Part shown: positions 19,538-28,619 of the stretch, one piece after another | How positions within the stretch are numbered: position 1 is the first letter of the stretch | Layout: every line of letters begins with the position of its first letter | Source: Candidatus Micrarchaeota archaeon | GTDB taxonomy: Archaea; Micrarchaeota; Micrarchaeia; Anstonellales; Bilamarchaeaceae | Assembly (NCBI GenBank): GCA_964435235.1 | Contig: CAYSXZ010000032.1 | Location: forward strand, 1 to 49,191 | Direction: 5' to 3' | Length of the DNA: 49,191 bases | The notes under the pieces: model-generated | The model's database searches: none | What the model was told of the DNA's origin: nothing | The model's input: the letters and a program-made list of their open reading frames with translations, nothing else | Program-made: the position numbers and the translations under genes

Positions 19538-21022
19538 ATGAATAATGGAGGAAAAGTCTACAAGAAGATAAAAGAATTTTACAACAAGATAATAGATCTA
19601 CTTAGAGGATATAGAGTTCCTGCTTTGATTGATGCATTGAAAGATAAGGATAAGGATGTACGATTGAAGGCTGCTGAGGCACTTGGAAAAATTGCAGAAG
19701 CAAATCCTAGTAGTACTGAGATTTTGGAGGCAGTTCCTGCTTTGATTGATGCATTGAAAGATAAAGATTGGGATGCGCGGGCTATGGTTGCTGGGGCACT
19801 TGGAAAAATCGGAGTAAATGATGAACAGTTTGAAACGATTATTGAAATGCTGAAGAATGGAGAAAGATGGGAAGAACGGCATGGGGCAGCAATGGCACTC
19901 GGTTGTCTAAAAGATATAAGAGCAGTTCCTGCTTTGATTGATGCATTGAAAGATAAGGATAAGGATGTACGAAAGGTGGCTGCTGAGGCACTTGGAAAAA
20001 TCGGAGTAAATGATGAACAGTTTGAAACGATTATTGAAATGCTGAAGAATGGAGAAAGATGGGAAGAACGAAATGGGGCAGCAATGGCACTTGGTTATCT
20101 AAAAGATATAAGGGCAATTCCTGCTTTGATTGATGCATTGAAAGATGTTGGGAATGTGCGAGAGGAGGCTGCTGAAACACTTGGAGAGATCGGAGTAAAT
20201 GATGAACAGTTTGAAACGATTATTGAAATGCTGAAGAATGGAGAAAGATGGGAAGAACGAAATGTGGCAGCAATGGCACTCGGTTGTCTAAAAGATATAA
20301 GAGCAGTCCCTGCTTTGATTGATGCATTGAAAGATGAGAATGAGTTTGTGCGAAGGGAGGCTGCTGAGGCACTTGGAGAAATCGGAGTAAATAAGGAACA
20401 GCTTGAAACGATTATTGAAATGCTGAAGAATGGAAAAAGATGGGAAGAACGCCATGGGGCAGCAATGGCACTCGGTTGTCTAGAAGATATAAGAGCAGTT
20501 CCTGCCTTGATTGCTGCATTGAAAGATAAGAATGAGGATGTAGGAAGGGAGGCTGCTGGGGCACTTGGAAAAATTGGGGAAGCAAATCCTGGTAGTACTG
20601 AGATTTTGAAGGCAGTCCCTGCTTTGATTAATGCATTGAAAGATGAGAATAAGAATATGCGAGAGAGGGCTGCTGAAGCACTTGGAGAAATCGTTGAAAA
20701 TTTCGTGAATAAGAAGCTCGAGGAGAAGGATTACAAGGCTGCACTTTCTATGATAGAAAATACTACTAATATGATCTTGAAAATGTACAGGGCAGAATTC
20801 CGCAAAAAAGGGAAAGACTGGTATTTGGTGAAGGAAAGAAGGGAACTAATAGATAAGTTTAATTCTCTTACTATTCGGATTAAGGAGAAGGTGGAGCTTT
20901 CGAATCCATTGAATGAGAAGGAACCGATGGAATGGAAAGAGGTGAAAAGGAAACTAGGAGCAGATCCAAAAGCGAATAAAAATCTGTTGGTTGGGCGACA
21001 GACCGAGCCTGTTGCAAATTAA
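19538..21022 (+). CDS. HEAT-repeat (PBS lyase/alphaRep-like) protein
   Basis: Repeated AVPALIDALKD...VR..AAEALGKIG and RWEER.GAAMALG.L.D.RA units. Confidence 0.92.
   Translation: MNNGGKVYKKIKEFYNKIIDLLRGYRVPALIDALKDKDKDVRLKAAEALGKIAEANPSSTEILEAVPALIDALKDKDWDARAMVAGALGKIGVNDEQFETIIEMLKNGERWEERHGAAMALGCLKDIRAVPALIDALKDKDKDVRKVAAEALGKIGVNDEQFETIIEMLKNGERWEERNGAAMALGYLKDIRAIPALIDALKDVGNVREEAAETLGEIGVNDEQFETIIEMLKNGERWEERNVAAMALGCLKDIRAVPALIDALKDENEFVRREAAEALGEIGVNKEQLETIIEMLKNGKRWEERHGAAMALGCLEDIRAVPALIAALKDKNEDVGREAAGALGKIGEANPGSTEILKAVPALINALKDENKNMRERAAEALGEIVENFVNKKLEEKDYKAALSMIENTTNMILKMYRAEFRKKGKDWYLVKERRELIDKFNSLTIRIKEKVELSNPLNEKEPMEWKEVKRKLGADPKANKNLLVGRQTEPVAN
19616..20692 (+). repeat. 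Intragenic tandem DNA repeats with unit spacings of 117, 192, 192, 189, 192 and 117 bp
   Basis: The near-identical anchor GTTCCTGCTTTGATTGATGCATTGAAAGAT starts at 19616, 19733, 19925, 20117, 20306, 20498 and 20615. Confidence 0.95.
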
Positions 21023-21150
21023 TTCGAAAACTACTTCCAGATATATTTATGAGACAACCAGAAACTGAAAGTAACACCACGCCTTTTCGTGTTATGAAGT
21101 GATGGTAATGGTTTTAAATTTGCATCAACCTAAAATAAATGTGATTCATT

Positions 21151-21465
21151 ATGCCGCCTGAAACGAAAAAAGATCCTGGTATTGCTGCGCTGATAAGCGT
21201 TCTTGGCTTGCTCCTACTCAGTGCACCTGCAGTAGGATACTTTTATCTTGGTGAAATAAGAAGAGGGATATTGTATCTCCTTGCATTGTGGGTTATAGTT
21301 GGAGGTATTCTTTTTGTATATCTTTCAGGAACGATTATCAGCTATGGCCTTGGTGGTATTTGCTGTGCGCCTATTCTGGTAGTGCCGCTCATTTTAGGTC
21401 TTGCGATAGTGTATGATGTATATACCATAGCAAAAGGGGAACCGGCAAAGCTTCCGAGTATATAG
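21151..21465 (+). CDS. TM2-domain-like small membrane protein
   Basis: KKDPGIAALIS...GYFYLGEIRRG pattern with TM helices. Confidence 0.7.
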   Translation: MPPETKKDPGIAALISVLGLLLLSAPAVGYFYLGEIRRGILYLLALWVIVGGILFVYLSGTIISYGLGGICCAPILVVPLILGLAIVYDVYTIAKGEPAKLPSI

Positions 21466-21511
21466 TCTAACCAACAGAAAGAATTTATAATTTAGAGCAC
21501 CACATGAGAGC

Positions 21512-22894
21512 ATGGTCAGGGATGCCGTTAAGGTTGTCATAGTAGGAGCAGGACCTGCTGGGATGTTCGCTGCTTATGAGCTCGGAAAGGAAGGATTTAA
21601 TGTTACTCTTGTCGAAGCTGGTCTTGATGTAGAGAAGAGGAAAAGAGCAATAGCACGAGAGGATTCCGCAGGTCCAAACTATATATCTGGGATGGGTGGG
21701 AGCGGAACGTTTTCTGATGGAAAGCTTAATCTTCATCCTGAGGTTGGAGGAAACCTTCTCGAATTCCTCTCTCGCCAGGAAGCGAATGAACTGATCTCTT
21801 ATGTGGATGGTATATTTGTAGAAAATGGAGTGCCAGAGAAGGCAGAGATTCATCCAAAGGCCCGTGAGCTTGAAGTTCGCGCGATGACTGCTGGATTAAG
21901 ATTTCTTCCTATCAGGCAGAAGCATATAGGTTCCGACATTCTCCCAAACGTTATTAACTCCATGAAAAGGCGACTGGAATCGCATGGTGTAAAAATTCTG
22001 GTTGAGACAAGCGCAACAGATGTAATCGTGAAAAACGATAAGGTTGCTGGAGTAGAGATAAAAAGAAAAGGAAAGAAAAGAATATTGGCCGCAGATTATG
22101 TTATTCTCGCTCCTGGTCGTGCAGGCTCCCAATGGCTTCTTGAACTTGCGATGAGAAAGAATATAGGGTTTCGTTACGGCCCGCTTGATATCGGCGTTCG
22201 CGTCGAAGTTCCAAATGAAGTAATGGACGATGTTACGAAGATAAGCTGGGATCCAAAGTTCCACATCCGAACCGCAAGGTATGATGATTTCGTTCGCACA
22301 TTCTGCACAAATCCGAGCGGATTTGTCATAACTGAGAACTATGGAAAATTCGTTTCTGTGAATGGTCATAGTATGAAGGAAAAAAAGTCCCGTAATACAA
22401 ATTTCGCCTTCCTCGTTCGAATAATGCTGACACAACCGCTCGAAAATACTACGCAATATGGAAGGAGCATCTGCATGCTTGCTACCACAATAGGAGGAGG
22501 AAAGCCTGTTCTTCAACGACTTGGTGATTTGAAGGGAGGGCATCGCTCAACCTGGGAAAGGATAGAGCGCTCTCCAGTGGAACCAACAAACAGAGATGTT
22601 ACTCCTGGAGATATCGCTATGGCTATGCCAGCCAGGATTGTTGATGATATCGTTGAGGGGCTCGACATCCTCGCGAGAGTGATTCCTGGAGTGAACGACC
22701 CTTCAACACTCTTGTATGCGCCAGAGGTAAAGTTCAAGTCAATCAGATTGCGGATAACAAACAGGCTCGAAACAGAGCAGGTGAAGAATCTTTTCACAGC
22801 AGGAGACGGGGCAGGGGTTTCTGGAGGAATAGTCCCTGCAGCAACAACAGGTTTGATTGCGGCAAGAGAAATAATAAGAAGGGAGAAGGGATGA
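21512..22894 (+). CDS. FAD-dependent oxidoreductase (COG2509-type)
   Basis: IVGAGPAG, GGSGTFSDGKL, VRTFCTNP.G, YAPEVKF, AGDGAG. Confidence 0.88.
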   Translation: MVRDAVKVVIVGAGPAGMFAAYELGKEGFNVTLVEAGLDVEKRKRAIAREDSAGPNYISGMGGSGTFSDGKLNLHPEVGGNLLEFLSRQEANELISYVDGIFVENGVPEKAEIHPKARELEVRAMTAGLRFLPIRQKHIGSDILPNVINSMKRRLESHGVKILVETSATDVIVKNDKVAGVEIKRKGKKRILAADYVILAPGRAGSQWLLELAMRKNIGFRYGPLDIGVRVEVPNEVMDDVTKISWDPKFHIRTARYDDFVRTFCTNPSGFVITENYGKFVSVNGHSMKEKKSRNTNFAFLVRIMLTQPLENTTQYGRSICMLATTIGGGKPVLQRLGDLKGGHRSTWERIERSPVEPTNRDVTPGDIAMAMPARIVDDIVEGLDILARVIPGVNDPSTLLYAPEVKFKSIRLRITNRLETEQVKNLFTAGDGAGVSGGIVPAATTGLIAAREIIRREKG

Positions 22895-23916
22895 AAATCA
22901 TTCATTACGATGGAAAGGAAGGAGTGATGAAGGTTGCAGCAGATACAGTCGAAGACCTGTGGCATCTTTCAAAGGTTATAGCAAAGGGAGATGAGGTCGA
23001 GGGTAGTACATTCCGAACCTACAGAGTAGGAGAGAAAGAAGAGAAAAAGCATGTAACAATTCGCGTGAAGGTCGAGAATGTAGAATTTGCAGGGGCGTCA
23101 AACCGCCTTCGCGTGCTTGGAACAATAGTCTGGGGCTCTCCTGAGGAGTATGTCCAACTCGGCAAGCATCATACAATAGAAGTTGCTGCAGGAGATTCAA
23201 TAAAGATAAAGAAGAAATGGATGCAGCATGAGATAAAGAGGATAAGGACAGCGGAAAAGGAGACGAGAAGGCCGAAGCTTAATATTATTGTTCTTGATGA
23301 GGAGCACGCACTCTTCGCAACGCTGAAGCCATACGGTATAGATTACGGGATGGAGATAAGAAATCCTGCGAGAAAGCGGGAGGAGGATTTCGAAAAGAAG
23401 GAAAGAGAATATTTCGGAAAGATAACTGCTGAACTCGAGCGAATGGAAGGGAGGATTGTTGTTGCAGGTCCTGGCTTTGCAAAGGATAATCTAAAGAAAT
23501 TTATTCAGCAGAAGAATCCAGAACTTGTAAGGCGTATAATATTCGAATCGTGCAGCTATGCAGAGCCAAGCGGAGTGAACGAGTTGCTGAAGAGAGGAAT
23601 AATTGAAAAGGCCGTTGGCGAGGCAAGATACGAGAGAGAGGAGAAAGAGGTTGAAGAATTTTTTACTGAGATCTACAGAGAAACAGGAAAGGCAGTCTAT
23701 GGTATGGACGAGGTGAGAAAAGCAGTCGAGGCTGGAGCAGTGGCAAAGCTTCTCATTCTAGATACCGTCCTAAGAACCTCTGCCGATGTTGAAAAACTTA
23801 TAGAGGAAGCAGAAAAAACTGGTGTAGATGTGGTAGTAATATCGTCTGAAGGAGACCCAGGTATTAAACTGAAAAACTTTGGTGGGCTGGGTGCCTTGCT
23901 AAGATGGAAACTTTAG
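22891..23916 (+). CDS. pelA: Pelota (ribosome rescue factor)
   Basis: EDLWHL, RLRVLGTI, GKHHT, AGPGFAK, GGLGALLR. Confidence 0.95.
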   Translation: MKIIHYDGKEGVMKVAADTVEDLWHLSKVIAKGDEVEGSTFRTYRVGEKEEKKHVTIRVKVENVEFAGASNRLRVLGTIVWGSPEEYVQLGKHHTIEVAAGDSIKIKKKWMQHEIKRIRTAEKETRRPKLNIIVLDEEHALFATLKPYGIDYGMEIRNPARKREEDFEKKEREYFGKITAELERMEGRIVVAGPGFAKDNLKKFIQQKNPELVRRIIFESCSYAEPSGVNELLKRGIIEKAVGEARYEREEKEVEEFFTEIYRETGKAVYGMDEVRKAVEAGAVAKLLILDTVLRTSADVEKLIEEAEKTGVDVVVISSEGDPGIKLKNFGGLGALLRWKL

Positions 23917-23986
23917 ATACGAAACCAAGCATTTAAATATTTATGACATTCATTATTGCATTATTGATTGCTGAGGTGAAATTTAT

Positions 23987-24697
23987 ATGTACGGAGTATC
24001 TCCGCAGGCTTATGATCGAGCCATAACTGTCTTTAGTCCGGATGGCAGGCTTTTTCAGGTAGAGTACGCAAAGGAAGCTGTTAAGAGAGGTGCAACTGCG
24101 ATTGCGATATGCGCAAGCGATGGAGTAATATTCGTTGCATTTAAATCCATTCATTCGAAGCTTGTTGTTCCGGAATCCCTGAAAAAGATATTCGAAATAG
24201 ATGACCATATAGCGGTAACGGCAAGCGGGCTTATTGCGGATGCCAGAAGACTAGTAGAAACTGCTCGAGTAGATGCACAGAGGCATAGAATAGTATATAA
24301 CGAAAGCGCATCTATCGAAACAATTGCTAGGAGTGTTTGCGACCTTATGCAGATATATACCCAGTATGGGGGGGCGAGGCCATTCGGTGTCTCTCTTCTT
24401 ATCGGAGGGTACGACAACGCACCAAGATTGTTTGAGGCGGAACCAAGCGGTGCTATGACAGCCTACAAAGCAGATTCGATTGGGGCGAGCAAAAAAGAAG
24501 TTGACGAAATTCTAGAGAAAAAATATAAGGAAAACATAACTATGGAAGAGGCGATAAAACTTGCAGTAGAAGCACTAAAGAGAACTCAAGAGGAAAAATT
24601 AAATCCAGAAAATGTGGAGATATCCGTAATACCAGCCGCAACAAAAAAGCACAAAGCACTTTCTGATAAAGAAGTTTCAAAATATATAAAAGACTAA
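23987..24697 (+). CDS. psmA: 20S proteasome alpha subunit
   Basis: YDRAITVFSPDGRLFQVEYA, SGLIADAR, RPFGVSLL. Confidence 0.97.
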   Translation: MYGVSPQAYDRAITVFSPDGRLFQVEYAKEAVKRGATAIAICASDGVIFVAFKSIHSKLVVPESLKKIFEIDDHIAVTASGLIADARRLVETARVDAQRHRIVYNESASIETIARSVCDLMQIYTQYGGARPFGVSLLIGGYDNAPRLFEAEPSGAMTAYKADSIGASKKEVDEILEKKYKENITMEEAIKLAVEALKRTQEEKLNPENVEISVIPAATKKHKALSDKEVSKYIKD

Positions 24698-25371
24698 CGG
24701 ACAACAGTTCCGCCGTGTTCCTTTCCTTCTATTGCATTTCTTATATCCTTGAAATTCTTGCAGGATACGAAATGAACCTCTATCTTTGAACGTGCAACAA
24801 GCTTGCATGCAAGCATGTCGAAGACAAAGTGCGTTCCAGCCATTCTTTTATCACTTTCTATAGCCAGCGCTATGAGCTGCTCGTGCGTAAGCCTTTTGAA
24901 TTTCTTTGCGTTTGGGTTTTTTCTCGGATCGCTATCGTATATTCCGTCAACATTGCTTATGTTCACGAGTCTTTTTGCACCTATCGCTTCCGCAAGTAAT
25001 GCAGAATCAGAATCTGTTGTGATTCCAGGTACAGTCCCTCCCATCACTACTATTCTTCGTCCGTTAAGTGCAGCTCGCGCTTCTTCAAACGTTTCTGGAA
25101 TGTATGGATAAGCCTCTTCTCCTAAAATAGCTGTAAGGAGATATGCATTCTGTCTTGTCGAGATTATTGCTATCGAATCAGCTTCATACTCGCTCCTGCC
25201 GAATTTTCTTAAAGCCTCCGCATACGCTCGCGCAGTGCTCCCCCCACCGGCAACTATTCCGAATTCGCCCTTGCTGGATCTCAGGAGCTCTCCAATTCCC
25301 TTAAGAAATTCTATATCTGGCTTTCCGTTCGGGTTAATCGAACTTCCACCTATCGAAAGAACAACGCGCAC
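24694..25371 (-). CDS. pyrH: Uridylate kinase (archaeal)
   Basis: SIGGS, GGGSTAR, GGTVPGITTD, NVDGIYDSDP. Confidence 0.94.
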   Translation of the reverse strand: MRVVLSIGGSSINPNGKPDIEFLKGIGELLRSSKGEFGIVAGGGSTARAYAEALRKFGRSEYEADSIAIISTRQNAYLLTAILGEEAYPYIPETFEEARAALNGRRIVVMGGTVPGITTDSDSALLAEAIGAKRLVNISNVDGIYDSDPRKNPNAKKFKRLTHEQLIALAIESDKRMAGTHFVFDMLACKLVARSKIEVHFVSCKNFKDIRNAIEGKEHGGTVVR

Positions 25372-25430
25372 ACTATCACCGAGAGAGTATTGAAAGACAA
25401 GTTTAAAAATTTGGACTTTGAGATCTTATC

Positions 25431-25982
25431 ATGAAAATCGAACTTGGAATAGATGAGATAGAGAAGAGACTCATGGAAAAAGAGCGTAGGATGGACCTTC
25501 TTCTCTCGAGGAGCAGGGAAATTATCCGAGAATGTTCGAATTGCATAAAGGCGATGCATGCTGGAAAAATAAAAGAAGCAAAGAAACATCTATCAGCGGC
25601 AGAAAGGTTGCTTGCCACCGTTAAGAAATATGAGAAAGAGTTTCAGACACAGATGAATCATATCTTACAGGAATATGCAGAAGCAAAGATCGTTCTTTCT
25701 GCCGTAGAGCATAACAGAATCCCCGCATTTAAGGAGATGGAAATAAGTGAAGTACCGTATCTGAATGGACTTCTAGATGCAATAGGAGAGTTAAAGAGGG
25801 AGATGTACGAAGCATTAAGACATAATGATAGAAAAAAAGCAGAGATGTTTTTTGGGCTGATGGAAGGTATATATGATGAAATTCTTCCGCTACGTTTCTC
25901 AAATGCAGTCCTTCCGGATTTTAGGAGGAAGCAGGACGCTGCACGAATTCAGATAGAACAGGCAAGGGGAGAACTACTCTGA
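25431..25982 (+). CDS. Translin/TRAX-family (C3PO-like) protein
   Basis: SREIIR, QEYAEA, YLNGLLDAIGELKR, FRRKQD. Confidence 0.88.
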   Translation: MKIELGIDEIEKRLMEKERRMDLLLSRSREIIRECSNCIKAMHAGKIKEAKKHLSAAERLLATVKKYEKEFQTQMNHILQEYAEAKIVLSAVEHNRIPAFKEMEISEVPYLNGLLDAIGELKREMYEALRHNDRKKAEMFFGLMEGIYDEILPLRFSNAVLPDFRRKQDAARIQIEQARGELL

Positions 25983-25987
25983 TAAGT

Positions 25988-26269
25988 ATGACTGCAAGAA
26001 TACATATCTTTGTTTATGGTATGGTTCATGGTGTTTTCTTCCGAGCGAATACAGTGGGCATTGCAAGAAAACTTAGATTAAAAGGATGGGTTAGAAACAG
26101 AAGAGACGGAAGTGTTGAAATAGTTGCTGAAGGAGATAAAGAAAAACTGATGGAACTCTTAGAATGGTGTAAAATAGGGCCGGAGGGTGCAATAGTAGAA
26201 AGGGTGGATCATAGATGGGAAAAACCTACGTTCGAACTTAAGGATTTCACGGCAAGCGAAACTGTTTAG
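25988..26269 (+). CDS. acyP: Acylphosphatase
   Basis: VYGMVHGVFFR, GWVRNRRDGSVEIVAEG, GP. Confidence 0.92.
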   Translation: MTARIHIFVYGMVHGVFFRANTVGIARKLRLKGWVRNRRDGSVEIVAEGDKEKLMELLEWCKIGPEGAIVERVDHRWEKPTFELKDFTASETV

Positions 26270-26664
26270 AGGTGTCTTTCTTTTTTTATCACACTTGTTC
26301 TTCTTCTCGGATCGGAGCGACCCCTTCCTATCTTAATCTTGCTTATTCGCTCAAGGACGTCTTCAAATTCCCCGATCTCCGCCTCCTCATCAAAACTTTT
26401 CCTTGCTTCGTCAGTAACATCAACGAGCCCGCCTTTTTGGAACCCTAGTGGTCGTCCTTCGATATCTGTATTCGAAAGGACTGCGTAGACCAAAGCGGCT
26501 ACCTTTCCTGAGGTTCCCTTTGGCAGTATAAGCGTCTCTCCTTTTGCTGCCTCTACATGCTTCCAAGCAATGGAAATTGCCCTTCTTGCTTCCTCTATCT
26601 CGGCTTCGCTAAAGCCTTTTTTTCTCATCCACTCTATTGCGTCCTCATTAAAGTAGATATCCAT
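26266..26664 (-). CDS. Hypothetical protein
   Basis: ORF with protein-like composition. ATG 26664 lies just beyond the TTTATAAA box (about 26687) shared with the divergent gene. Confidence 0.55.
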   Translation of the reverse strand: MDIYFNEDAIEWMRKKGFSEAEIEEARRAISIAWKHVEAAKGETLILPKGTSGKVAALVYAVLSNTDIEGRPLGFQKGGLVDVTDEARKSFDEEAEIGEFEDVLERISKIKIGRGRSDPRRRTSVIKKERHL

Positions 26665-26721
26665 GATATGAATTTGGTGCAAAGTGTTTATAAAATATTC
26701 TTGAGAGAAGACTATGGTGAA

Positions 26722-27033
26722 ATGATGGTAACCGAAAGTGTATTGAAAAAGCCTGAAGAGGATAGAAGGAAGAAATTCAATGAGTGGCTTAATGGCATAA
26801 TGGCTTTGGTTCAGAAAGGAAAGAAATTTGATACAAAGTACATCGCAGAACTCGAGAAGTTGGCTAAGGAAAAAACCAAAGGAAAAGGAACGGTGCCAAC
26901 TAAGACGATAGAAGAAAAAATAACAAAAACTACACCAAGCGAAAAGGCGATAACATTAGCTATGGAGCTGGCTTATATGCTTGATACAAATGATACAAAA
27001 AAACTGGATTTTAAAAAATGGGTAAAGAGGTGA
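26722..27033 (+). CDS. Hypothetical lysine-rich protein
   Basis: ATG follows a GGTGA RBS. First gene of a run leading to pus10. Confidence 0.6.
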   Translation: MMVTESVLKKPEEDRRKKFNEWLNGIMALVQKGKKFDTKYIAELEKLAKEKTKGKGTVPTKTIEEKITKTTPSEKAITLAMELAYMLDTNDTKKLDFKKWVKR

Positions 27034-27038
27034 GGGTA

Positions 27039-27380
27039 ATGCTAGATTATCTCACAGATGAAATAAAACTTAAGATAATAGATAGATGGAAATTAATGAG
27101 CGAGACGGACAAGGCGCATTTTATAAACCAAGTTGCGCTTGCCTTAAGCGTATGGGGAAGCGATGAAAAGGGAAGAGAACTTGTTGTAGAGGTTCTGAAG
27201 TACATGGGGGAGAACGGTACTACTACTCTGGCAGATTTTGGAATTTATGCAGAGAAATTGCTTACATCAAAATCAGCAGCCGGAAGGATTGAGAAGGTAA
27301 AAAGGGCGTGTTTGATTCTCGAAGGATATAGGATTAAAAATTCCCTTCCTTCCGAGCCGCATAAGGAGCTACAGATTTAG
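27039..27380 (+). CDS. Hypothetical helical protein
   Basis: ATG follows a GAGGTGA RBS. Same orientation as neighbours with tight spacing. Confidence 0.65.
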   Translation: MLDYLTDEIKLKIIDRWKLMSETDKAHFINQVALALSVWGSDEKGRELVVEVLKYMGENGTTTLADFGIYAEKLLTSKSAAGRIEKVKRACLILEGYRIKNSLPSEPHKELQI

Positions 27381-27389
27381 AGGAGAAAG

Positions 27390-28487
27390 ATGGTCACCCT
27401 ATGCAAATTTTGCAATGCCGCTAATGGGAATATTTTTTCAGAAGGGAATTGCTTCATCTGCGAAAATAAGATGGATAGATTTGAATCGCTAGTTGAAAGG
27501 GCAGCAGATGAACTAAATAATTATTCGACATTCAGTATTTCTACAGTTGTTCCAAAAAAATGGCTTATAAGAGAAGAATTTATTTGGGATTTTGCTATCG
27601 AAAGAAGCGAGAGCATAAAAACCCGTGCAAATCGTGTAGGAAATCGCATCATTGCTCAAAGAACAACGGCAAAGCCATGTGTAGATGGAGATGCAAGAAT
27701 AACATTTGATGCTGAAAAGGAAGAATTTTCAATCGAACCGAACGAGCTCTTTATCTTTGGAAGATACTGCAAGCTTGTCCGTGGAATATCGCAGTCTAGA
27801 TGGATATGCACAAAATGTAGCGGGAAGGGCTGCGAGAGATGCGGTGGTAAAGGCAAGATGTATGAATCCGTAGAGGAGAAGATAGGAGAGATTATGAAGA
27901 AAGAGTGCGAGGCATCGGATTATGCATTGCACGCGTCTGGAAGGGAAGATATAGATGTTATAAATACAGCAGGAAGGCCATTTGTCATGGAACTTAAGCA
28001 CGCTAGAAACAGGAAACCTGACTTGAATAGGATTGCAGAAGAGATAAACGAAAAAAAAGAGGTATTTGTGAGTGATTTGAAGATTGTAAAACGCGGAGCA
28101 GTAGAACTGGTTGCTTCCTCGCATTTTGATAAAGAGTACGAAGTAGATGTAGAATTTGAAAGAACATTAAATGAGGAAGAAATCGAAAAAATACTCTCGC
28201 TTCGCGGAACAACAATAGAACAACTAACCCCTAAGCGTGTTGCTCATAGGAGAGCAAAGATAGATAGAAGAAGAAAAATATTGGATATTAAATTTGTATC
28301 AAAAAATGAAAATAAGGCCATCTTTTTAATAAGGACTGAGGCAGGTACTTACATCAAAGAGCTTATCACAGGAGATGACGGAAGAACAAGGCCGAGTTTT
28401 TCTTCTATTCTAAAAATGAAGGTTAATTGCACCGGTTTAAGGGTTGTTAAGATAGAAGACGAATTTTTAAAGGAATTCTTAGGTTGA
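27390..28487 (+). CDS. pus10: tRNA pseudouridine(54/55) synthase Pus10
   Basis: GRYCKLVRGISQSRW, HASGREDIDV (catalytic D), QLTPKRVAHRR, AGTYIKELITGD.GRT.PS. Confidence 0.95.
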   Translation: MVTLCKFCNAANGNIFSEGNCFICENKMDRFESLVERAADELNNYSTFSISTVVPKKWLIREEFIWDFAIERSESIKTRANRVGNRIIAQRTTAKPCVDGDARITFDAEKEEFSIEPNELFIFGRYCKLVRGISQSRWICTKCSGKGCERCGGKGKMYESVEEKIGEIMKKECEASDYALHASGREDIDVINTAGRPFVMELKHARNRKPDLNRIAEEINEKKEVFVSDLKIVKRGAVELVASSHFDKEYEVDVEFERTLNEEEIEKILSLRGTTIEQLTPKRVAHRRAKIDRRRKILDIKFVSKNENKAIFLIRTEAGTYIKELITGDDGRTRPSFSSILKMKVNCTGLRVVKIEDEFLKEFLG

Positions 28488-28559
28488 TGGACTCGCTGGG
28501 ATTTGAACCCAGAGTCTCTGCCTTGCGAAGGCAGCGTCTTACCGTTCGACTACGAGCCC
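28488..28559 (-). tRNA. tRNA-Ala(CGC)
   Basis: GGGCTCG.../CGAGTCC-A acceptor stem with G3:U70. Anticodon arm CTGCC-TTCGCAA-GGCAG. T-loop TTCAAAT. Confidence 0.96.
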
Positions 28560-28619
28560 TGCCAAAAGATGTATTTTTATATTTATATTTGAGAAGTTTT
28601 ATAACAGATGTGTGTTATT

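Noticed and set aside
19616-20692. CRISPR array
   Set aside because: The repeats are in-frame coding units of 117-192 bp whose intervening sequences are also repeated. There are no unique spacers and no cas genes.
21896-22543. 215-aa antisense ORF, and the many similar shadow ORFs in the track
   Set aside because: They lie opposite well-supported genes and show no motifs or protein-like composition.
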